DNA from: Candidatus Krumholzibacteriia bacterium
Lineage (GTDB): Bacteria; Krumholzibacteriota; Krumholzibacteriia; LZORAL124-64-63
NCBI GenBank assembly: GCA_046484865.1
Contig: JAWOID010000002.1
Span: forward strand, 1-18,053
DNA: 18,053 nucleotides
Direction of reading: 5' to 3'
Under the pieces are notes generated by a model. That model had not been told where the DNA came from. It saw only the letters and a list, made by a program, of their open reading frames with translations, and made no database searches. How positions within the stretch are numbered: the stretch's first letter is position 1; every line of letters starts with the position of its first letter. Made by a program: the position numbers and the translations under genes. This document shows positions 8,155-15,743 of this stretch, piece by piece.

Positions 8155-11100
8155 ATGAAAGAGCCTTTCGAGGGGCATCACGGACGATCGTCGGAGTGGA
8201 CGGGAGAGAAGCCCTTCCCGGGTGTCGGTGAGTGTAGCCGGCTCGAGGAGGTGGGCGATCTCCACTTCCACGCGTCGGCGTACAGTTCGGCACTCGACTA
8301 CTACCGCCAGCTCCTGAGCGAGCGCATGCTGACGCGTCTGCCCCTCGAGCAGGCGCTCGGCATCCTCCGCAAGGCGATCGGCGCGGCGCTGAACCTGGGT
8401 CGGCTCGACCAGGTGGACGCGCTGCTGTCCCGGGCGCACGCGCTGCTCGGCGACGCTTCCGACCTCCCGCCGTCGGAACTGCGGCGCCATGCTGCCCTGT
8501 TCCAGGGGCGGCGCGCGTCGCTGCTGGTTCAGCGGGCCCGTTACCGCGACGCGCTGGACACCGCCAAGCATGCGTTCGCCATCCTGGCGCTCAGCGACGA
8601 GCATGTGGAGGTGGCCAACCTCCAGGTGACCATGGGGGCGTGCCACCAGCGACTCGGGCGGCTGGACAAGGCCGAGGAGTTCTTCACCGACAGCCTCGCC
8701 ACCTTCCGCCGGGTGGGCGACGAACTCGGAACGGCGGCGCTGTACAGCAATCTCGCCCTCATCCACAAGAACGCCTGCCGCTGGGACCGGGCGCTGGCGC
8801 TGCTCGACAAGGCGGTGGAGCTGGCATCCCGCCACGGCGCCACGCACCTGCTTTCGCGCCTGTACCTCAACCAGGGCATCGTCCTGACCAAGACCAGCCG
8901 CTTCGGCGAAGCCGAGGCGGTCCTGCAGAAGAGCCTGCGCCTGGCGCGCAGCCTCGGCGACCGGCTGCGCCAGGCGAAGGTCTGCATCGCGTTCGCGCGC
9001 CTTGAGATCCTGACCGGCCGCCTGGCTCGCGCCGAGGAACTGGTCCACGAGGGCAAGCTCCTCGCGGAGCGGGGCCGGTACCTGCGCGAGGCCACCATCG
9101 CCGACGAGTACCTGGGCGACATCCTGTTGCTGCGGGGAGAACCCGAGAAGGCGCTGTTCAACTACGGACTCGGGCTGGAGAAGGCCCGGGGCATGGGCAC
9201 GGTCAACGACCTCGAGGGCGAGTTGCTGCGACGGACCGCCGAGGCGCAGCGACGCTGCGGGCGGTTGCCCGACGCCATCGCCGCGGCCCACGCCGCGGTG
9301 GCCGTCTGCGAGCAGTGCGGCGAGGTCTACGAGCTGGGCTTCTGTCACCTGACCCTGGGCCTGATCTACGCTGCCCAGGGCGACTGGAAGCAGACCGACT
9401 CGCACTTCGCCGAAGCCATCCACACCTTCCGGCAGCAGAACCTCGTCCGCGAAACGGCGCAGGCGGTGCTCGACTACCGCGCCGTTCGCCTCGAGAGCGC
9501 AGGTCAGCGTGAACTGCTCGTCCTGCGTCGGGAATTCCTCGACGTGCAGGAGCAAGGTGCGGCGGCGCTCAGCGACCGCCTGCTCTGCCTGGTGCTGGCC
9601 GGGCTCGCCGAGGTCCAGATCCGCCTGGGGCAGCACGACGATGCCCTGCTGACGGTGTTCGAGCTCGAGCGCCACGCCGCCGGTCTGGAGGAGGACGACC
9701 TCACGACCGCCGCCCGCGAGCTGCGCGCCCGCATCGAGCAGGGCCTGCTCGCCGGCGCCGCCGAGGCGGAGGACCACCTGCAGGTGCTCACCGGTATCCC
9801 GGGGCTCTTCGACTGGACCGACGCCTCCATTCCGCGGAACCTGGGGTCGGTCCTGAGGGCCGGCATGGAGCGGGTGCAGGCCGACAGCGGGTTCATCGCC
9901 ATGGAGACCGGCGAGGAGCAGCCGGTCCGCATCGTCGAGCGGCAGGGGATCACCGAGAACCTGTGCGCGCAGCTGACCACCTGGTTCGCGGCCAGGGCGT
10001 CCGGCGACGGCGGCGTTCCCAGCCTCCACTCGCGCCTCACCGGGACCAGCGATCTCGTCCTCGCCGTGCCGGGGCTGACGGGATGCGCCGACAGCTGCGT
10101 GCTCATGCCGATCGCCCTTCACGGACGCCGGTTCGGTCTGCTGTTCCTGGGCAAGAAGCGCGGCCGCACCGGGGACCGCGCCTTCGCGCGGACGGACATC
10201 GACTTCCTCGCCACCTACCTGGGATTCCTGGCCCTGTTCCTCTTCGAGAAGGGGCGGGGCGCCCTGCTGGCGGGCGAGCCGGCGCGCTCCGCGGTCGAGG
10301 GGCTGGAGCACTTCGAGAACGTCATCACGCGGAACCCGAAGATGCTCGACGTGCTGGCCCTGGCCCGCAAGGTGGCCCCCAGCGACCTGACCGTGCTGCT
10401 CAACGGGGAGACCGGCACGGGCAAGGGCCTGCTGGCCTACGCCATCCACGGCTTGAGCCGGCGGGCGGACCGCCGCTTCCTCGCCATCAATTGCGCCGCC
10501 ATCCCCGAGACGTTGCTCGAGGGAGAGCTGTTCGGCCACATGAAGGGCAGCTTCACGGGGGCGGATCAGGACAAGAAGGGCCTGCTCGAGGAAGCCGCGG
10601 GCGGAACCGTGTTCCTGGACGAGATCGGCAAGATGCCCCTGGCGATGCAGGCCAAGCTCCTGCACTTCATGGACACGAAGGTGGTACGGCCGGTCGGTTC
10701 GGCGCAGGAGCGCCGGGTGGACGTACGCATCGTCTGCGCGTCCAAGTCGGACCTGCAGAATCTGGCGCACGCCGGTCATTTCCTCGAGGATCTCTACTTC
10801 CGGCTGCTGGACTTCCCGCTGGTGATCCCGCCGCTGCGCGACCGTCGCGAGGACGTCGAGCTCCTGGCGCATCACTTCGTCGAGCGGTTCGCGGCCGAGG
10901 CGGGGCTCGAGACGCCGATGATCTCGCCGGCGGTGCTCGATGCCCTGCAGGCCCACGACTGGCCGGGAAACGTCCGCGAGCTCGAGAAGGTCGTCCGACG
11001 GGCCCTCGTCCTGATGCAGGGCGACCGGGTGCTGAGAACCGAGCATCTGCCCGCCGACATCGCCCCGGTCGGCGACGACCACGGCGATGCCGCCGTCATT

Positions 11101-11259
11101 CCCTTGCGCGAGAGCATCGCCGCTCTCGAATGCCGCGAGATGGCGCGCGCGCTCGAGGTCAGCGGCGGCAACAAGTCCCAGGCCGCGCGCCTGCTCAAGA
11201 TCAGCTATCCGAGCCTCCTCAAGAAGATCCGGCTCTACGGTCTGGAACCCCGCAGCTGA
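8155..11259 (+). CDS. TPR-repeat / GAF-like / sigma54 AAA+ / Fis-HTH enhancer-binding protein, 1034 aa
   Basis: About 500 aa of TPR-like helical repeats (e.g. MGACHQRLGRLDKAEEFF, YSNLALIH, YLNQGIVL); GAF-like segment (SCVLMPIALHGRRFGLLFL); [36 protein letters not shown] and GNKSQAARLLKIS. Confidence 0.92.
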   Translation: MKEPFEGHHGRSSEWTGEKPFPGVGECSRLEEVGDLHFHASAYSSALDYYRQLLSERMLTRLPLEQALGILRKAIGAALNLGRLDQVDALLSRAHALLGDASDLPPSELRRHAALFQGRRASLLVQRARYRDALDTAKHAFAILALSDEHVEVANLQVTMGACHQRLGRLDKAEEFFTDSLATFRRVGDELGTAALYSNLALIHKNACRWDRALALLDKAVELASRHGATHLLSRLYLNQGIVLTKTSRFGEAEAVLQKSLRLARSLGDRLRQAKVCIAFARLEILTGRLARAEELVHEGKLLAERGRYLREATIADEYLGDILLLRGEPEKALFNYGLGLEKARGMGTVNDLEGELLRRTAEAQRRCGRLPDAIAAAHAAVAVCEQCGEVYELGFCHLTLGLIYAAQGDWKQTDSHFAEAIHTFRQQNLVRETAQAVLDYRAVRLESAGQRELLVLRREFLDVQEQGAAALSDRLLCLVLAGLAEVQIRLGQHDDALLTVFELERHAAGLEEDDLTTAARELRARIEQGLLAGAAEAEDHLQVLTGIPGLFDWTDASIPRNLGSVLRAGMERVQADSGFIAMETGEEQPVRIVERQGITENLCAQLTTWFAARASGDGGVPSLHSRLTGTSDLVLAVPGLTGCADSCVLMPIALHGRRFGLLFLGKKRGRTGDRAFARTDIDFLATYLGFLALFLFEKGRGALLAGEPARSAVEGLEHFENVITRNPKMLDVLALARKVAPSDLTVLLNGETGTGKGLLAYAIHGLSRRADRRFLAINCAAIPETLLEGELFGHMKGSFTGADQDKKGLLEEAAGGTVFLDEIGKMPLAMQAKLLHFMDTKVVRPVGSAQERRVDVRIVCASKSDLQNLAHAGHFLEDLYFRLLDFPLVIPPLRDRREDVELLAHHFVERFAAEAGLETPMISPAVLDALQAHDWPGNVRELEKVVRRALVLMQGDRVLRTEHLPADIAPVGDDHGDAAVIPLRESIAALECREMARALEVSGGNKSQAARLLKISYPSLLKKIRLYGLEPRS

Positions 11260-11262
11260 CAA

Positions 11263-11279
11263 GCGGGACGCATTCCCGC
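11263..11279 (+). terminator. Short hairpin just after the activator stop codon (no U-tract)
   Basis: GCGGGA-CGCAT-TCCCGC. Confidence 0.3.
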
Positions 11280-11288
11280 CGCCCGCGG

Positions 11289-11371
11289 CATCAATCTTCT
11301 TTACAGGGCCAAGTCCAAGGGAAGCAACGACCTGCGATTTTCCCGGTTTCGGACTGTCAATTCTTTTGATA
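11289..11371. promoter_or_regulatory. Two putative upstream activator sites, consensus TGT(A/C)AA-N5-TTGAT(A/G)
   Basis: 11289-11305 reads TGTAAA-gaaga-TTGATG on the minus strand; 11355-11371 reads TGTCAA-ttctt-TTGATA. They lie about 190 and 125 bp upstream of the predicted sigma54 start. Confidence 0.5.
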
Positions 11372-11413
11372 ATCCGTTGCGAGCCGAATCGACAGCCTTC
11401 GTCGGCGGCGAGC

Positions 11414-11438
11414 TAACTTGCAGTGCCACAACGGGATA
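11414..11438. promoter_or_regulatory. IHF-like bending element between the enhancer sites and the sigma54 promoter
   Basis: TAA-cttg-CAG-tgcca-CAA-cggg-ATA; degenerate match to TAA-N4-TTG / CAA-N4-TTA; related element at 12125-12149. Confidence 0.35.
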
Positions 11439-11462
11439 TTTTCTTCCTCGCGTCCGCCGGAA

Positions 11463-11478
11463 CGGTACGCCGAATGCA
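11463..11478 (+). promoter_or_regulatory. Sigma54 (-24/-12) promoter, predicted TSS ~11489
   Basis: CGGTACG-CCGA-ATGCA with GG at 11464-65, N10, GC at 11476-77 (consensus TGGCACG-N4-TTGCW). Confidence 0.65.
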
Positions 11479-11488
11479 TTTGGTCGGG

Positions 11489-11815
11489 ACAGCAGGGGAA
11501 GTCGCCGGGAACGCGAACGGTCCCCTGAAGACGGCAGAATTCGCGATTTCGGGAGAGTGCTCAGTTCGCCTCTCGAAGCGTACCGGCCAAGAGGGAGTTT
11601 TCAACAATTCGGCTGGCGAGAAGGTTGTTGAGAGGTGGGGTCTTAAGAGCCGTCGACGCCAGCGTGGGAAAACTCGCGAACGGTCTCTCCCGAATCGCGA
11701 AGGACCAACCCGGATCTGATCGGGAAACGAAGAAGAGCCTCACTGGTCTTGAAGAGGCGAGACTCAAGACCAGGATGCCATCCCTCAATGGCGAGGCTCT
11801 TTCTTCGTTTCCTCA
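11489..11815 (+). ncRNA. Candidate structured non-coding RNA or leader of unknown family, ~325 nt
   Basis: Nested helices: 11493-99/11521-27; 11540-57/11685-701; 11564-69/11676-81; 11595-602/11668-75; 11603-09/11623-29; 11723-41/11793-812; 11743-52/11764-73; 11777-81/11788-92. No credible ORF. Confidence 0.6.
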
Positions 11816-11900
11816 CTTCTGTCCCGCCAGCATCAGGCGGTCGTGCCCCCCGCCGGGGCCGGGGACCCGTCGCTCTGTCCAGCCCCCACCCGGTCGCCAT

Positions 11901-11938
11901 CCACCGCCCGCGACCCGTCCCACCGCCCGCGACCCGTC
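11901..11938. repeat. 19-bp direct repeat x2 (CCACCGCCCGCGACCCGTC) inside a C-rich tract
   Basis: Identical copies at 11901-11919 and 11920-11938. Confidence 0.85.
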
Positions 11939-12124
11939 CGCCCGCCGCCCCGCCGCCCGACGCCTGCCGCCCCGGAGCGATCCGATCCCGTCCCCGAGCG
12001 TCCCCGTTTGGGGAAACTGTCCTCTGGTTCGCACACTGTCGGACCGGGGCCGAGCGGCCGCGCCTGGCGGGCGAGAGTGCGATCTCGAAGGGCGCACTTG
12101 CGTGAACGTCGTCGGTCAGGTAAA

Positions 12125-12149
12125 TAACGTATTGTGTCTGATGATGTTA
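12125..12149. promoter_or_regulatory. IHF-like element upstream of the second sigma54 promoter
   Basis: TAA-cgta-TTG-tgtct-GAT-gatg-TTA, an AT-rich island in high-GC context. Confidence 0.4.
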
Positions 12150-12221
12150 TCGGAGAGCCGGGGCGGGCGCCGCTCCGCCGCCGCCGCCGCCGCGCAGGCT
12201 CGCATTCGGTGACATCGCGAG

Positions 12222-12237
12222 TGGCACGAAGGATGCG
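12222..12237 (+). promoter_or_regulatory. Sigma54 (-24/-12) promoter for the lipoprotein/DUF4384 operon, predicted TSS ~12248
   Basis: TGGCACG-AAGG-ATGCG with GG at 12223-24, N10, GC at 12235-36. Confidence 0.75.
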
Positions 12238-12296
12238 TTCGTGAGGAGTGCATCGCACGCGCGTTCCCGCACGGGAGCCTGGCAGGGGGTGGGTTG

Positions 12297-13319
12297 ATGA
12301 AGGATAGCTGGATTCTCGATCTCGACCGGGAGGATCCGGTCCCCGCGGCAGCAGGGGGGGCCGACCGGCGTCATCGCCTGTTCCGGGCGCTGGTCCCGGT
12401 GGCGTTCCTTCTGGCGGCCGTCTTCGCGTTGACCGGCTGCAGCGACGACGATTGCGTCAACTGCCTGGAGCTCGAGTCGCCCCCCGCCCCCTCCGGGGTC
12501 TTCTCTTTGACCGGCGACAACCTGATCACCGTCTACTGGAACGACATCTACTTCGACGATCCGGATCGAGTGACGTTCTACCGCGTCTACAGCCGCCTGT
12601 GGCCCGCGGGCGACGACGATCCCTTCTTCCTCATCGGCGAGGTGGACTGGGACGAGAACTTCGACCCCGCGACCGGCCGGCACTGGTTCGAGGACACCGA
12701 CGTGGAGAACGGCCAGGATTACGAGTACGCCGTCAGCGCGGTGAACTCGGCCGGACGCGAGGGGCCCCTCAGCTTCGAGTTCGTCGTCGACACGCCGTTG
12801 CCCATCAGCGACGTGCCGGTGCAGGTGTTCGACGCCAACGGGCCGAACAGCGACCTGTCGGGCTTCGACTTCAGCCGGGCCGCCGCCCGGGCCGACGGCC
12901 GGCGCGACCCGTCCGTTCCCGGAACCACCGCCGACATCCGGGTGTTCTACGAGAGCGGCGTGCCGTTCGTGGAAGCTCTGCGCGCTGACGTCCTGATCCA
13001 GGACTACGGGACGTTCTTCGCCGCCGACGGCGACGATTACGAGGATTTCAAGGGCGCGTCCTGGGCGCCGCTGGAAGGCTACTCGAGCACGGGCATCCTG
13101 GAGCTCATCGAGGACCACGTCTACATCCTGCGCATGACGGAGCCCGACACGGGCGAGATCCATTACGCCAAGCTCGGCGTCACGCGGGTGGATTCCGGTT
13201 CGGTGCGGTTCCTGTGGGCCTACCAGCTCGTTCCCGAGTTGCGCGAGTTGAAGGTCCCGGTGGGATTCGGGGGCGACCACGTCCGCGTGGTCAACGAGTT
13301 CGCGCCGATGAAGCTCTAG
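12297..13319 (+). CDS. Lipoprotein with a fibronectin type III-like domain, ~340 aa
   Basis: Hydrophobic stretch plus lipobox LTG-C; FN3-like pattern PPAPSGV...ITVYWN...YRVYS...FEDTDVENGQDYEYAVSAVN...EGPLS; start is ATG 12297 or TTG 12294. Confidence 0.85.
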   Translation: MKDSWILDLDREDPVPAAAGGADRRHRLFRALVPVAFLLAAVFALTGCSDDDCVNCLELESPPAPSGVFSLTGDNLITVYWNDIYFDDPDRVTFYRVYSRLWPAGDDDPFFLIGEVDWDENFDPATGRHWFEDTDVENGQDYEYAVSAVNSAGREGPLSFEFVVDTPLPISDVPVQVFDANGPNSDLSGFDFSRAAARADGRRDPSVPGTTADIRVFYESGVPFVEALRADVLIQDYGTFFAADGDDYEDFKGASWAPLEGYSSTGILELIEDHVYILRMTEPDTGEIHYAKLGVTRVDSGSVRFLWAYQLVPELRELKVPVGFGGDHVRVVNEFAPMKL

Positions 13320-13369
13320 CCGGCAGTTTTCACGGCGGCCCGGGCCGCCGGTCGACGAAGGAGATCGTC

Positions 13370-15340
13370 ATGCGGAATCGAGCAAGGCACGCGCCGGTGA
13401 ACGGTCCGGGCAGGGGACGAAAGGTCCTCGGCCTCGGTTCGATCGCCGTCCTGGCGGCCGTGCTGACGGTTCCCGCGGGTGTGCAGGCCTCGCCCACGAG
13501 TTCCGCGGCCGGGGCGTCCGTATCCGCGGGCGCCGACCACGCCGACTACAACTATGCCGCCCAGGAACTGAGGGCGGAGGTCTGGCTCGACCGGTCAGGG
13601 GACGAGGTCTACCGGCGCGGCGATCACCAGCGCGTCCACTTCCAGACCAACGGCGATGCCTACGCGGTGGTCTATCGCATCGATGCCGAGGGCCGGGTGG
13701 AGGTTCTCTGGCCGCGTAGCCGCCTGGACGACGGCTTCGTCTTCGGGTACCACGAGTACACCCTGCCGGTCGGGGGTGCGCGCCAGCTGCGCGTCTCCGA
13801 TGCCGAGGGCGTGGGGTACATCCAGATCGTCGCCTCGCGCTATCCTTACGACCTGCGTGAACTCCAGCTCGACTTCTTCCACGAGCCCCTCGAGCGGCCG
13901 TACGACTTCTACGTGGCGGGCGATCCGTTCCTGGCCATGAACGAGGTCAACTTCGTGGTGACCGGACTCGAGGACGCCGCGGACTTCGTGATCACCAACT
14001 ACGCGAGCTACTACGTGCACCGCGTGGTGGATTACCCGCGGTACCTCTGTAGCCAGTGCCACATCGGCGAAGAGGCGGTCGCGGTGAGCGATCCGTACGC
14101 GACGAACTGCGTCGTGGACATCCGCCACGACTACGGCTGGACCAACGAGTGGTACGTGACCTTCGGCTACTACCCGGTATACCACCACCCGGTCTACTAC
14201 TACGTGGACCCGTGGACGTACCGGCCCTGGATCAACTACTGGTACCGGCCGTGGTACGCATGGCCCACGGTGCCGGTCTACAGCTGGCACTTCACGCCAT
14301 GGGGCTGGTGGGATTCCCCCTACTGGCACGGTGACGTCTACGCGCACTACGGGCGGTACAAGAGTAGCGGCACGCGCTATCGCCCGCTGGACAAGGATTG
14401 GCTGCGACGCGGGCTCGGCAACGACGATCGGAGCCGGATGCCGCTCGTCACCCAGCGACCCGACGACCGGATCGTGAAGGCCATGCGTGATCGGACGCGG
14501 CTTGCCGACGCCCGCGGCCGCATCGCCGCTGGCGGCGCGGACGCCCGCGAGCGGTTCGCGGACCGTCCCGAGCTGAAGAGGGATCGGAAGGACTTCCGGC
14601 CGGACCGCGGCGACGATCGCGCCGGCCTGCGCATCGTGGATCGCAAGGCGCGCGACGGCGGGTTCCGTCACGGCGGTGCTTCCGAGCCGTTGCGGGGCAG
14701 CGAGGTCCGGCTGCGCACCCTGGACGCGAGGGATTCCGGCCAGCGGCTGATCGACCTGGAAGGCCGGGCGGTGCGTGGCCGCGACGACCGGACGACGGGC
14801 GCGCGCGGCGGCGACGACGATGCCCGTTTGCGGAGCCGGGACGTCCGGGGCCGGGACACCGGTCTGACCTCCCGGCCACGGCCCGATCGACCGACGACTC
14901 GCGAGGCGCTCCGTGCGGGACCGCAGGAGGACCGCGGCCGCGTCATCCGTCCGGTGGAGCCGCGCAACCGCGGGACCCGGGTCTGGTCGGGGCGGAGCGG
15001 CAGCCGCACCGGCGGCGACCGGCCGGATAGCCCGGCTCAGGTGCGACCCGCCCCGCGCGGCAACGATACGAGGCGCGACACGCCGGCGGTGCGGCCTGCT
15101 CCACGCGGCAACGATACGAGGCGCGATGCGCCCGCGGCGCGGCCCGCCCCGCGCGGCGGCACGCGACCGGAGACCAAGGTCGACCGGCCCAGCCGGCCGG
15201 CGACCCGGAGTGGCGGCGAGCGGTCACGGGTGGAGAGCCCCCGCAGCAGCGGCGGCAACTCCGGCCGATCCGCGACGCCGCAGTCGCGCAGCAGCGGCAC
15301 GTCGAGCGGCGGCCGCTCGCGGGGAGGAAGGCTCCCCTAG
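13370..15340 (+). CDS. Secreted DUF4384-like domain protein with CxxCH, a Tyr/Trp/Pro-rich segment and an Arg-rich disordered tail, 656 aa
   Basis: AAGGAG RBS before ATG 13370; signal peptide ending near VQA; EVWLDR...YRRGD...VHFQTNGDAYAVVYRIDAEGRVEVLWP resembles DUF4384 (recognised by eye). Confidence 0.8.
   Translation: MRNRARHAPVNGPGRGRKVLGLGSIAVLAAVLTVPAGVQASPTSSAAGASVSAGADHADYNYAAQELRAEVWLDRSGDEVYRRGDHQRVHFQTNGDAYAVVYRIDAEGRVEVLWPRSRLDDGFVFGYHEYTLPVGGARQLRVSDAEGVGYIQIVASRYPYDLRELQLDFFHEPLERPYDFYVAGDPFLAMNEVNFVVTGLEDAADFVITNYASYYVHRVVDYPRYLCSQCHIGEEAVAVSDPYATNCVVDIRHDYGWTNEWYVTFGYYPVYHHPVYYYVDPWTYRPWINYWYRPWYAWPTVPVYSWHFTPWGWWDSPYWHGDVYAHYGRYKSSGTRYRPLDKDWLRRGLGNDDRSRMPLVTQRPDDRIVKAMRDRTRLADARGRIAAGGADARERFADRPELKRDRKDFRPDRGDDRAGLRIVDRKARDGGFRHGGASEPLRGSEVRLRTLDARDSGQRLIDLEGRAVRGRDDRTTGARGGDDDARLRSRDVRGRDTGLTSRPRPDRPTTREALRAGPQEDRGRVIRPVEPRNRGTRVWSGRSGSRTGGDRPDSPAQVRPAPRGNDTRRDTPAVRPAPRGNDTRRDAPAARPAPRGGTRPETKVDRPSRPATRSGGERSRVESPRSSGGNSGRSATPQSRSSGTSSGGRSRGGRLP
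15041..15157 (+). repeat. Intragenic 48-bp repeat, ~2.4 copies (VRPAPRGNDTRRD[T/A]PA)
   Basis: Copies at 15041-15088 and 15089-15136, partial copy at 15137-15157. Confidence 0.85.
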
Positions 15341-15590
15341 ACGATCCGAGTGTGCGTTGGTGGTTTGCTTTTCCCCCCATCAACCGGCTGGCCGGGGAGG
15401 ACCGGATCCTTGCAGTGGTTGGCAGCCGTCGAGGGAAGGTTCGGAACCGATCGGTCGGGGACCACCAGCACAGTGGAAGGGCTCGCGGTAACGTAGTGTC
15501 GATCAGGGGTGGCAGTTGCGGAGCCCGAGCCCTTCCCGAACCACCGCGCCCGGCCCCTCAGGGCCGGGCGCGCGTTTGCCCCGAGGACGA

Positions 15591-15619
15591 TTGACCCGTG
15601 CGAGCGGCCCTCCTATACT
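15591..15619 (+). promoter_or_regulatory. Sigma70 promoter for the M6-like gene
   Basis: TTGACC (15591-96), 17-nt spacer, TATACT (15614-19). Confidence 0.7.
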
Positions 15620-15655
15620 CCGCCGCGTTCGCCGCCCGACGGGAGTTGCACGCGC

Positions 15656-15703
15656 GGGCCGCAGCGCTCCGCCGGGCCGCAGCGCTCCGCCGGGCCGCAG
15701 CGC
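15656..15703. repeat. 18-bp tandem repeat (GGGCCGCAGCGCTCCGCC), ~2.7 copies, in the predicted 5' UTR
   Basis: Copies at 15656-73 and 15674-91, partial copy at 15692-703. Confidence 0.85.
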
Positions 15704-15743
15704 CAGGCGTCTGCCGCCCGCTCGCCCGAGAGGTACCTGCCGC

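Noticed and set aside
7786..11262. 1158-aa minus-strand ORF and similar long antisense ORFs (984-2969, 6057-7466, 12147-13280, 15558-17696)
   Set aside because: These are shadow or alternative frames of well-supported high-GC genes and carry no recognisable motifs.
11489..11815. Assignment as CsrB/RsmZ-like, 6S, RNase P, tmRNA or SRP RNA
   Set aside because: GGA motifs are present but many sit in stems rather than repeated loops. The fold is multibranched rather than a 6S rod, and no hallmark sequences of the others are seen. An Rfam search is still needed.
11423..12212. ORFs 11423-11719, 11377-11631 and 11625-12212 as proteins
   Set aside because: No family motifs and atypical or low-complexity composition. 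The starts of the first two lie upstream of or within the sigma54 promoter (ATG 11474 overlaps the -12 box). RNA structure explains the region better.
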